Virus record (IMG/VR): IMGVR_UViG_3300005805_000397
Coordinates: 1 to 26,739 of that record
Origin: a virus
Taxonomy: Duplodnaviria > Caudoviricetes
Strand: one strand, 5' to 3'
DNA: 26,739 nt
Below are positions 1-7,686 of the stretch, one piece after another. A program made the position numbers and the translations under genes. The number at the start of each line of letters is the position of its first letter. Within the stretch, counting starts at the first letter, position 1. Under the pieces are notes generated by a model that did not search any database, was not told the DNA's origin, and was given only the letters and a program-made list of their open reading frames with translations.

Positions 1-1089
1 AACCTTTGCATTACCAGTCTTTACACCAGTAAGAGCAAATGTGGCAACTCCGTTTGTAATTGATGCAGATGTAGCAGAATTGCTTACAACCGCAAGAGTA
101 TCGGATGTTGCATAAAGTGTTCCTGAATTAACAACAACATTATTTGCATCATATGCTACGGCTGTCAAAGCTTCAGCATTTGATCCAACTGCAAGGACTG
201 GCTTCTTTACTGTTGTAACAATCTTAGCAATATCTCCATAAAATGTTACAGACTCTGTTGCAAGAACAACGTTTGAAGCGGTTGTAATTGTTACAGTACC
301 TACTCCAGAAGTTCCATCAGAAAATACACCAATATAGTGTCCTGCTGGAACTACCATTGCACGAACAGATCCAGAAATTGTTGCATGGTTTGATCCATGT
401 CCAAGAAGTCCTGGTCCAGAAATAGTCACAGTAAGTGACTCAGAAGCACTACCACCAGCAGCGTTCTTTTGTGTTACAACAATAATACCTGCTGCATCAG
501 AAGCTACTACCTTAGAGGCAGAAACTGCTGAATCAGATGTAGCAGAAATTGTTTCTCCAGCATTAAGAATTGATGTGGATGTTGCTGCAGAAGCTTTTTC
601 ATCTTTTGCATTAACAGTAACTGTCCACACTAATGGTGAAGCAGTAACCTTTCCACCAGCACTCTTAAGAACTGGATAAAGATTAATAACATATGTGCCT
701 GCAGCAGATGGTGCTACAAGTGCGACATTAAGTTTAGCAGTTACCTGTGCTGCAGAGTTAGTTGTTGAACTAACATCAGCAGATGTATTTCCCCCACCAA
801 GTGTTACAACTGCATTGCTAGTTTCTGAAACCGAAAGAGTAGCAGACTTACCAGCGCCAGTTGGCTGACTTGAGACAAGGGAGAGAACAGAAACTGTATC
901 ACCAGAGTTTTCTGCAATAAATGTCAAAGTAACAACTGCTGTTGCTGTATCACCTGCGGTAATTGTATCCGCTACGGCATCAATAGCAAAACTATCAGCA
1001 AGAACTGCTGCCTTTGATGGAATTGCAGAAAATGTGCTAAATGCCAAGGCTGCAGCCAAGGTCATTGCAATTTTCTTAAATGAATTCAT
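1..1089 (-). CDS. Secreted Ala/Ser/Thr/Val-rich beta-strand protein, Ig-like/S-layer-like (3' end runs off the window; absent from the ORF track)
   Basis: Manual translation from ATG at 1089: MNSFKKIAMTLAAALAFSTFSAIPSKA|AVLADSFAIDAVADTITAGDTATAVVTLTF..., open to position 1. RBS AAGGAG at 1094-1099. Sec-type signal peptide (KK, hydrophobic stretch, S-K-A cleavage). Ig-like strand patterns such as AGTYVINL, VWTVTV, GVGTVTITT, NGVATFAL. Confidence 0.8.
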   Translation of the reverse strand, partial: MNSFKKIAMTLAAALAFSTFSAIPSKAAVLADSFAIDAVADTITAGDTATAVVTLTFIAENSGDTVSVLSLVSSQPTGAGKSATLSVSETSNAVVTLGGGNTSADVSSTTNSAAQVTAKLNVALVAPSAAGTYVINLYPVLKSAGGKVTASPLVWTVTVNAKDEKASAATSTSILNAGETISATSDSAVSASKVVASDAAGIIVVTQKNAAGGSASESLTVTISGPGLLGHGSNHATISGSVRAMVVPAGHYIGVFSDGTSGVGTVTITTASNVVLATESVTFYGDIAKIVTTVKKPVLAVGSNAEALTAVAYDANNVVVNSGTLYATSDTLAVVSNSATSASITNGVATFALTGVKTGNAKV

Positions 1090-1101
1090 TTTTCTCCTTG
1101 T

Positions 1102-2883
1102 TTATATTAGTTTGTACGAATCAAGAAAGTCCATAACGTCGTCAGGAATTTCCTTGTCTAATTCTACCATATCCTTCTTTTTATCTGCAAATCGGGAGGC
1201 AGAAGACCATGTGTGAACTTCAATCTCTATGTTAGAATCTCTGCTTGTATGTGATATTGCTCCGAATACAGCACCACAAACGGCATCAGCCAAGTCTTTT
1301 GACTTTTTTCTTGGGTGGTCTACTCTCTTACCATTATCTGTTATTTTCAATTCAGACATTTCTTCCAGAAGCAGAGGGATCATTGGTATAGCAACACGCT
1401 CCTCATATACCATCATAGCTAAATCCTCATAGTGCTTTTTAGCAACAGAAACAGTGTCAGTTCTCATACCTACTGCTTTTAGTTCTTGCTGAATATCAAA
1501 TGATTGCCAACGGTCAAATGTGACCATGCCTATGTTAAAGCCCTCTCTACGAAGATTCATAATCCATTTTTTAACTTCAGAAAGATCAACTGGCCCCTGT
1601 ATCTTTGGTTCCCACCATGCAACTGCATCAACTACAACTATTGGAGCAACCTGTTCGTAATCTTTAATTACCTGAATGTTAACCCATCGTTCAACATGTG
1701 CTATTGCAACTGCACACTTGTCATGTTTTTGTGCAAGGTCAGCATGTACATAATAAACTTTATCTGGGTCTGGCTTAAAATTTTCTTCAAATCTTTTATA
1801 GGTATCTACAGGATTTCTTAAGGTCATGCACTTTTCTAACTTGTCTCTTTGTTTAAAAAATGCATCAGATGAATAGGTTGGGGTGCATAGAAAGCGCATC
1901 ATTGCATCGCCAAGATCAGTTAAAAATGCAATCTTAAAATCATCTATTTTTCTAGTTGGGTTAACTTCCCATGTTGGACGTTTTAGTGCAAACATTCTAG
2001 GATATTTATATGATTTAATATGATCCTCTTCCCAAACAATTTCAAACTCATTATCTGGTCCTTCTGGTAATTCTTCATTAATAATAAACTTATGTCTGCG
2101 CTCTATTACATCTTTTTCCATTATAACTTCTTCATACCGCTTTGAAATAAAGTCTCCGTTATAGCGTGGGAATGAAAGAAGAACTACTTTGCCAAGATCT
2201 GGAAAACGAGAATCTACAGTACCACGAAATGCTTTATAGATATTATCAGCAGTCTTACCCTGATCATTTCCAGTACCTACCTCTGTAGCAAAACCAGAAA
2301 TCTCATCAAGTACTGCCATAAAAAGATTTAGACCCTCATGTGATTCTCTTTCTGAGTGTCCAGAATAAACGGTAATTGATTTATCAAAACCAATTGAGTT
2401 TACTTTAGGATCATATTTTCCAGCAAACCATGGTGACTTTTCAATCTTAGTTTTAAAACCTTTAAAGAAAACATTTTTTGCTTGCTCTGCGTTTATAGCA
2501 ACATTGATAATATCTATCGCATCTCCAGCTGGTTTACCATAATATCTAGCAGGATCTTTTAAACATAGCAGTTTGTATACAACATACGCACAAGCTACGG
2601 TAGAAACAAAATCTTTTCCACTACCCTTTCCAAGCTGTAGAATAATTTCATTTTTAGTATATTTTGTATAATGTTGGCTACCATTTTCTGTTCCAAGTAA
2701 AACTTGTAAATCTTCTTTACGGTAAATCTGACTCATCGCCTCAACAACATCATACTGAATTGAAGATAGTGGTGGTTGCCCCAAATAGTCTAGTGACTCA
2801 ACAAATGTTTTTACATCTACTGGTATTTCTTCAAAATGGTTGTCTTGTAGTGCCTCAAGAAAATCATTGAACATCGTGGACAA
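1102..2883 (-). CDS. terL: Terminase large subunit
   Basis: Walker A-like QLGKGSGKD, Walker B AVLDE, coupling motif LLSFP, RNase H-like nuclease YVHADLAQKHD...TFDRWQS...KDLADA. Start may be the ATG at 2874. Confidence 0.93.
   Translation of the reverse strand: MSTMFNDFLEALQDNHFEEIPVDVKTFVESLDYLGQPPLSSIQYDVVEAMSQIYRKEDLQVLLGTENGSQHYTKYTKNEIILQLGKGSGKDFVSTVACAYVVYKLLCLKDPARYYGKPAGDAIDIINVAINAEQAKNVFFKGFKTKIEKSPWFAGKYDPKVNSIGFDKSITVYSGHSERESHEGLNLFMAVLDEISGFATEVGTGNDQGKTADNIYKAFRGTVDSRFPDLGKVVLLSFPRYNGDFISKRYEEVIMEKDVIERRHKFIINEELPEGPDNEFEIVWEEDHIKSYKYPRMFALKRPTWEVNPTRKIDDFKIAFLTDLGDAMMRFLCTPTYSSDAFFKQRDKLEKCMTLRNPVDTYKRFEENFKPDPDKVYYVHADLAQKHDKCAVAIAHVERWVNIQVIKDYEQVAPIVVVDAVAWWEPKIQGPVDLSEVKKWIMNLRREGFNIGMVTFDRWQSFDIQQELKAVGMRTDTVSVAKKHYEDLAMMVYEERVAIPMIPLLLEEMSELKITDNGKRVDHPRKKSKDLADAVCGAVFGAISHTSRDSNIEIEVHTWSSASRFADKKKDMVELDKEIPDDVMDFLDSYKLI
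1161..1190 (-). promoter_or_regulatory. Putative sigma70/SigA-type promoter inside the TerL 3' end, upstream of the secreted protein gene
   Basis: Minus strand TTGCAG-N18-TAGAAT, with extended -10 TGG-TAGAAT. Confidence 0.45.
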
Positions 2884-3403
2884 TTGTAATCACTTCGCCT
2901 TCTTTTGCAATAGCAGAAAGCCTTTGCATAATCAAATCACGAACTTCTGGATTTGATGAAGCTATGTCTCTTAAAATTCCAACAAGAACTTCTTGTCTTT
3001 TTTCTATTTCAACCATTTCCTCTGCAAGCTCTTTATTTTCTAATAGTCCAGCTTTTTGCAACATATCAATTCGTTTTGATTCAATATCCATAACAAGCTT
3101 AATGCCTGCAGTCTTTGCATTTAGATTTGCCGTAGTTGTTGCATCTTCAATAACTTCATATGCCTTATTGATAAGTTTGTTATAGTGTGCATCGGCAGCA
3201 GCAAGTGCTTCTTTGGCACGAGCACGAATAACTGTATTATCTGATGCCATCTTCTTCCACTCATCAAGATGTGCAACAACACGAGTTCTTGGAATAGCCA
3301 AGTCTTTAGATATTCTTGTTGGATCGCTGCCCTTTAAATATTCTTCAACAACACGATTAACTTCATCAAGATGATTAATTAGATCAATCTCGGTGTTTGT
3401 CAT
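2864..3403 (-). CDS. Probable terminase small subunit (N-terminal HTH, helical oligomerisation region)
   Basis: HTH-like YLKGSDPTRISKDLAIPRTRV, long helical region, directly upstream of and overlapping terL. Confidence 0.65.
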   Translation of the reverse strand: MTNTEIDLINHLDEVNRVVEEYLKGSDPTRISKDLAIPRTRVVAHLDEWKKMASDNTVIRARAKEALAAADAHYNKLINKAYEVIEDATTTANLNAKTAGIKLVMDIESKRIDMLQKAGLLENKELAEEMVEIEKRQEVLVGILRDIASSNPEVRDLIMQRLSAIAKEGEVITIVHDVQ

Positions 3404-3647
3404 ATTTTCCTTCTAATCTATTAATCTCATCTTGTATATAAAACATAGCCTTTCTTAAGTCTTCAATATGCTTCTTTTCATCTTTAAGACCAGCCCTCCA
3501 TAGGTACTTGAATGCATTACCTATATTAAAGTTACGGTGTCTAGTTATTTCAATACACTCAACACCAGAGGGATCTGTGGTGTAATGTTCTGGATGATTC
3601 ACTTGATCTACGCTTGTAACTAATTTAGTCTGTTTATTCTTCATCAT
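3384..3647 (-). CDS. DUF3310 (SaV-like / T7 gp1.7-like) protein
   Basis: Signature DQVNHPEHYT...GVECIEI...FNIGNAFKYLWRAGLK...EDLRKAMFYI. Start moved to the ATG at 3647, behind a GAGGA RBS. Confidence 0.85.
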   Translation of the reverse strand: MMKNKQTKLVTSVDQVNHPEHYTTDPSGVECIEITRHRNFNIGNAFKYLWRAGLKDEKKHIEDLRKAMFYIQDEINRLEGKYDKHRD

Positions 3648-3765
3648 ATTCCTCATCAAAAATATATGCATCCTCTAATACCTTACCAAAATTTACAATA
3701 GCATATAGTAGTCCAACTGAGCATACAGCTCCAACAAAAGCTAACAGAATAGCTGTTTTTTTCAT
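3634..3765 (-). CDS. Small membrane protein, 43 aa (absent from the ORF track)
   Basis: MKKTAILLAFVGAVCSVGLLYAIVNFGKVLEDAYIFDEEYDEE*: one TM helix and an acidic tail. ATGA overlap with the upstream gene; fills the gap exactly. Confidence 0.7.
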   Translation of the reverse strand: MKKTAILLAFVGAVCSVGLLYAIVNFGKVLEDAYIFDEEYDEE

Positions 3766-3917
3766 CGCTTAGACTTCCTTAAACCAAACTTAGCCAAGTA
3801 AACATATATAGTTTCTACGCTTGCCCCACACTCTTTTGCTATTTCTTGAGGAGTCTTTTTATCCATAACATATCGTTTGCGAAGCCAAGATTCACTCGTA
3901 TATAGTTTACCAGTCAT
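3762..3917 (-). CDS. Small helix-turn-helix DNA-binding protein, 51 aa (absent from the ORF track)
   Basis: MTGKLYTSESWLRKRYVMDKKTPQEIAKECGASVETIYVYLAKFGLRKSKR*: clear HTH pattern TPQEIAKECGASVETIY. Confidence 0.8.
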   Translation of the reverse strand: MTGKLYTSESWLRKRYVMDKKTPQEIAKECGASVETIYVYLAKFGLRKSKR

Positions 3918-3932
3918 GATTTTATTTGTCAA
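3904..3932 (-). promoter_or_regulatory. Near-consensus sigma70/SigA-type promoter overlapping the ruvC stop and the HTH gene start
   Basis: Minus strand TTGACA-N17-TAAACT, with extended TG (TGG-TAAACT). Confidence 0.65.
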
Positions 3933-4497
3933 CCCCAATAGCTTTTTCCCAGTTATGAATAGCCCAATGACCTATACCGCAGGCATCAGCAACATCATGA
4001 TCCTCTATCTTTTTATCATAAATTATATCAATAAGATTAATCGTTCTTTGCTTTCTTAAATTTCTTTCATAAGATTTATACCAAGAATCTGACTTACCAG
4101 GATTTGCTGATCTTACTGCTAACTGCTCTTCTTTGCTTAATTTTTTGTTGCCTAGATAGTTCTGCCAGGTAATTGGTGATACCTTTCCTATTTGATTAAT
4201 ACCATTTAATCCTATACCGCCAATAATTGCTCCCTGCACCATAGCTAAATCTGCTGCAGTTTTTGGAGAATTCATAAACACTGTATGCTCAATAACAACA
4301 GCATCTATATCGTATAGTCTAAAAAATGCTCTAGTCTTAGCAGTTGCATCTATAATTTTCTCATATATATCATGACCAAAAAATGCAACTTTACCAGTAC
4401 TTTTTATTTTATTATCTGAAAAGATAGCAAAAGCAATAGTGCTTGTACTTGCATCAATAGCACAAATTGTATTTGGCTTAATCTTGTTCATAGTCAA
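3922..4497 (-). CDS. ruvC: RuvC-like Holliday junction resolvase
   Basis: RNase H-fold acidic motifs ICAIDAST, VVIEH, DHDVADACGIG. Start may be the ATG at 4491. Confidence 0.85.
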   Translation of the reverse strand: MTMNKIKPNTICAIDASTSTIAFAIFSDNKIKSTGKVAFFGHDIYEKIIDATAKTRAFFRLYDIDAVVIEHTVFMNSPKTAADLAMVQGAIIGGIGLNGINQIGKVSPITWQNYLGNKKLSKEEQLAVRSANPGKSDSWYKSYERNLRKQRTINLIDIIYDKKIEDHDVADACGIGHWAIHNWEKAIGVDK

Positions 4498-4768
4498 AAT
4501 ATCCTTTTACCTCTTTGAGCATTTTGTCTACCATTTTTTTGCTTACATTACAATTTGCACAAAATCCATCATCGTTATATATTGATAGTTGAGTTTTGCA
4601 TCCACCCAAACACAATCTTTTTTTGCCTATTCTTTTTTTTCTTCTTGTAACTAAATATCTTTCTGCAATTTTTTCTTTAGTCGCTTCATCTCTGCATAAA
4701 ATACTACAGTAAATTTGATATGTTACCTTTGGCTTAAACTTTTTATCGCATCTTTCACACGACTTCAC
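4478..4768 (-). CDS. Cys-rich zinc-finger protein of unknown function
   Basis: CERC...YCSILC and CLGGC...FCANC motifs; overlaps both neighbours. Confidence 0.7.
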   Translation of the reverse strand: MKSCERCDKKFKPKVTYQIYCSILCRDEATKEKIAERYLVTRRKKRIGKKRLCLGGCKTQLSIYNDDGFCANCNVSKKMVDKMLKEVKGYFDYEQD

Positions 4769-5567
4769 TTAGCTTCTCCAAGGTTTTTATTTTAATTAGT
4801 CCTTTATCTGCATCACCACATGCAGAAACTAACGGACATGCCTTGCATACTTTAGAATTAGATCGGTAGTTTTTTTGTGGAATAGTTTTATCTAGCCACG
4901 CTTTTCTAACTTCTTTTAGCCATGCAAATGTACTATCAATCCATTGCTTATAAACTTCATTAACTTCTATTGGAAAAACACATAGATCATGTGTATTTTT
5001 ATTTTCATAAATCAAAACACCTTTAGCCTTCTTAAGAATTTTCATATAAATAAGAAGCTGCATTACATGGCTTCCTCTTGGCTTGCCCTTTGTTTTTGAA
5101 TACTCAAAAGAATCAGATGGCATTGTTTTAATTTCTAATACTATCTCTTCTTCATTCCATTTAAGCATTCCATCCGCATATCCAAAAATTGGTGGGTCAT
5201 CAAGAGTAACCTTAAATTCTGTTGTTGGATTATTATTTTCATCATAATATACAACTGCAAGATTTGCATCCAGAATAGCCTTTTGAATTCTTGCATGAGA
5301 ATCTGTTCCAGAAGTCATATTTGCTACTCCATAAGGAGTATCGCTATTTTCAAAAACATTACCTTCAAAAGCTAAATACCAATATCTAGCACATTCACCA
5401 TGATTCCAAACAAGAGACGATGGTGCGAATGTTTTTTTAGTCTGATGTTTACTAGATCTTTTTGCAATGTATCCAGCATTTATTTTTTCTATTAGAAGCT
5501 GAGTATCAATAATCTCAGGTTTGTCCTCTGGCTTCATCATAATCTGCTTTAATAAGTTTTTAGTCAT
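4755..5567 (-). CDS. Cas4-like PD-(D/E)XK exonuclease with a probable 4Fe-4S cluster
   Basis: ECARYWY, GTDSH, GYADG...LEIKT, QLLIY, and C-terminal CKACPLVSAC: the 1+3 Cys arrangement of Cas4/AddB-type nucleases. Confidence 0.85.
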   Translation of the reverse strand: MTKNLLKQIMMKPEDKPEIIDTQLLIEKINAGYIAKRSSKHQTKKTFAPSSLVWNHGECARYWYLAFEGNVFENSDTPYGVANMTSGTDSHARIQKAILDANLAVVYYDENNNPTTEFKVTLDDPPIFGYADGMLKWNEEEIVLEIKTMPSDSFEYSKTKGKPRGSHVMQLLIYMKILKKAKGVLIYENKNTHDLCVFPIEVNEVYKQWIDSTFAWLKEVRKAWLDKTIPQKNYRSNSKVCKACPLVSACGDADKGLIKIKTLEKLSEVV

Positions 5568-5583
5568 TATATTCCTTTTGTCT

Positions 5584-5592
5584 ATTATATCA
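5584..5592 (-). promoter_or_regulatory. Putative extended -10 promoter (TGATATAAT)
   Basis: Minus strand TGATATAAT in a short intergenic gap, followed by an AAGGA RBS; no -35 recognised. Confidence 0.45.
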
Positions 5593-5593
5593 G

Positions 5594-5908
5594 TTACCGC
5601 ATTATATATTTTAAAGCAGATACTAAATCATTTATTGATTCGGCTGCGGTATAGTAAATATTTTTCTTGCCTCTATCAGACTTATCTACATTGGTCATCC
5701 ATGTAGCACGAAATGCCATTTTTGCTGCAATAGCCTGTAGTCTTACGATTTCTAGGCTAGCAACATTGGGGGGAATATCTGGCTTAATAATAAGCTTTGC
5801 TATCATAGTTAATGCTGTAGTTAGCTCTTGATCTTGCATATAATCAGCTATCTCAGATAAGCCATTAATCATTTCTAAGGTTGTTTTAGACTGTTCATTA
5901 TTCTCCAC
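5594..5908 (-). CDS. Hypothetical alpha-helical protein
   Basis: 104-aa ORF with GGAG upstream, in operon context; no motif recognised. Confidence 0.65.
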   Translation of the reverse strand: MENNEQSKTTLEMINGLSEIADYMQDQELTTALTMIAKLIIKPDIPPNVASLEIVRLQAIAAKMAFRATWMTNVDKSDRGKKNIYYTAAESINDLVSALKYIMR

Positions 5909-6191
5909 TGTATTCCCCTAACATGCTCTCTAAAATATCTAGCTCTATTATAGCAAGCCTAGTCTTAGTGCCGCTTTCTCCAAGTACTACAATAATAGCT
6001 GGATCATTTCCATTTCTTATTGCATCAGTTGTTGCTTTAGCCCAAACATCTTTATTTATCGTAAAAGACTTGGCATTTTCTTTAAAATCAACCGTAAAGT
6101 TGTTCCAAGTTGCATCACCCTTCTTAGTATTTCTACCAGAATTTTTATGCTGTTTAGCCCCTATCCTTTTACTCTCGTTCTTTTCGCTCAT
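5898..6191 (-). CDS. Small PD-(D/E)XK nuclease, Hjc/Holliday junction resolvase-like
   Basis: E...NSG...KGDA...VDFKE motif spacing typical of Hjc-like resolvases; located next to recA. Confidence 0.65.
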   Translation of the reverse strand: MSEKNESKRIGAKQHKNSGRNTKKGDATWNNFTVDFKENAKSFTINKDVWAKATTDAIRNGNDPAIIVVLGESGTKTRLAIIELDILESMLGEYSGE

Positions 6192-6360
6192 AATCTTTCT
6201 TTTTTCTATAGCCTATATAATATAAATTAGACTTAGAAAGATGTTTGTTTGAACACATCCATGACCAAACACCAGTTTCTGGGTATAATCTACATTCTTT
6301 AACTTCTTCTTTGCATGTTCGGCAAAGAAATTTGCCTGGATAAACAGTAAACCTAGACAT
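6169..6360 (-). CDS. Small zinc-ribbon-like protein
   Basis: CRTC...CSNKH; overlaps the recA stop and the next gene. Confidence 0.6.
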   Translation of the reverse strand: MSRFTVYPGKFLCRTCKEEVKECRLYPETGVWSWMCSNKHLSKSNLYYIGYRKKKDYERKERE

Positions 6361-7369
6361 TAATTAGTTTAGACCTTATAGATTCTTGCAAGTCTAAATC
6401 TTCCCTTACCCTATTAATAAAAGCCTCTCTACCCTGAACTTTTGTGCCATCTTCTAGGTTATACCATGCACCAGTTCTTGATACGATACCAGCTAACTCT
6501 GCTGTATCAACAAGATCTCCTATGGTATCTACGCCAAGATCTTTGCCTCTAAAATAAAAATCATATTCTCCAGATTGAAAGGCTGGAGAAGTTTTAGAAA
6601 ATTGAACCTCCCAGCGAACTTTTCTACCAATCTTTTCTTCAATTATTTTATCCCCAACGCTTATTTTTCCTTTTAATGCTTGGTTTTCAGACTCAGATGA
6701 AAATAGTTTTATAACAGTAGAAGAATAAAATTTTGTGGCCTGTCCACCAGTTGGTTGCTGACTTGTATACATTGCATTAATATTGTTGCGTGATTGACTT
6801 ATTAAAACAAGTAGTGTTGGCTTTACCTTGTTATTGGCATAATTTAACATCTTCCATGCATTACTAAAATCTCTAGACTCTGCACCAATCTGTTTAGTAT
6901 TTTCAAGCTGCTTAAGCTCATCTGAATCTTTTTCAAAATATATTGCTGGTAGCAAAGACGTAATGCTGTCTATTACAATAAGATCAACTCCAGCCTCCAT
7001 AAGATTAACCCCTACATCAACCATTTCATTAATAGTCCTTGCTTGAGACACAATAAGCTTAGCAGTGTCAACACCAAGCCTTTCTGCCCAATCTTTATCA
7101 TAAGACATTTCTGCATCAACCCAAGCACATATCTTTCCTTCTTTTTGTGCCAAAGCAATCATTTGTAAACATAGGGATGATTTAGCAGATGACTTGCTAC
7201 CCCAGACCAAAACCTGCCTTCCATAAGGCAAGCCACCATTTAGTGCACGATTTAAACCAAAGCTAGGTGTTGCAGCATATTCTGTTTTAGGAACAGAATC
7301 ACCAACCAATATATTTTTTCTTAGCTTAGGATTTAGTTGTGCTAAAACATCCTCTATTGTTAGTGTCAT
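6353..7369 (-). CDS. recA: RecA-like recombinase
   Basis: LNRALNGGLPYGR, variant Walker A GSKSSAKS, WVDAE, Walker B LIVIDS, ISQSR, TGGQATKFYSS, RTGAWY...QGRE. Confidence 0.93.
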   Translation of the reverse strand: MTLTIEDVLAQLNPKLRKNILVGDSVPKTEYAATPSFGLNRALNGGLPYGRQVLVWGSKSSAKSSLCLQMIALAQKEGKICAWVDAEMSYDKDWAERLGVDTAKLIVSQARTINEMVDVGVNLMEAGVDLIVIDSITSLLPAIYFEKDSDELKQLENTKQIGAESRDFSNAWKMLNYANNKVKPTLLVLISQSRNNINAMYTSQQPTGGQATKFYSSTVIKLFSSESENQALKGKISVGDKIIEEKIGRKVRWEVQFSKTSPAFQSGEYDFYFRGKDLGVDTIGDLVDTAELAGIVSRTGAWYNLEDGTKVQGREAFINRVREDLDLQESIRSKLINV

Positions 7370-7686
7370 TAAAATCTTACTCCATGCTTCTTTGGTCTAT
7401 TTGAATTTATTTCCATCTTTTCTTTAATAGCATAATCAAGAGATTTTTTCATATACCCTGCATCTACCATTCCAGCATAAAGGTCAAGGGTACGAATAAT
7501 AATATCTGCAAACTCATCAGACAGTTTATCTTGATCCATATCTTTACGAACAACTTCCATTGCCTCTACTACCTCTGAAACAATCATCATCATTTGTTTT
7601 GCAACAAATATTTCATCTGCAGGTCTATCCCAAAAACCTTTTTCTTTTGCATTATTGTGTATTTTTTCTGCTAACTCATCAAACAC
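7369..7686 (-). CDS. MazG-like NTP pyrophosphohydrolase
   Basis: EVVEAME...DEFAD acidic motif (ExxE...ExxD), KGFW N-terminus and KMEINSNR C-terminus typical of phage MazG-like proteins. Confidence 0.82.
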   Translation of the reverse strand: MFDELAEKIHNNAKEKGFWDRPADEIFVAKQMMMIVSEVVEAMEVVRKDMDQDKLSDEFADIIIRTLDLYAGMVDAGYMKKSLDYAIKEKMEINSNRPKKHGVRF

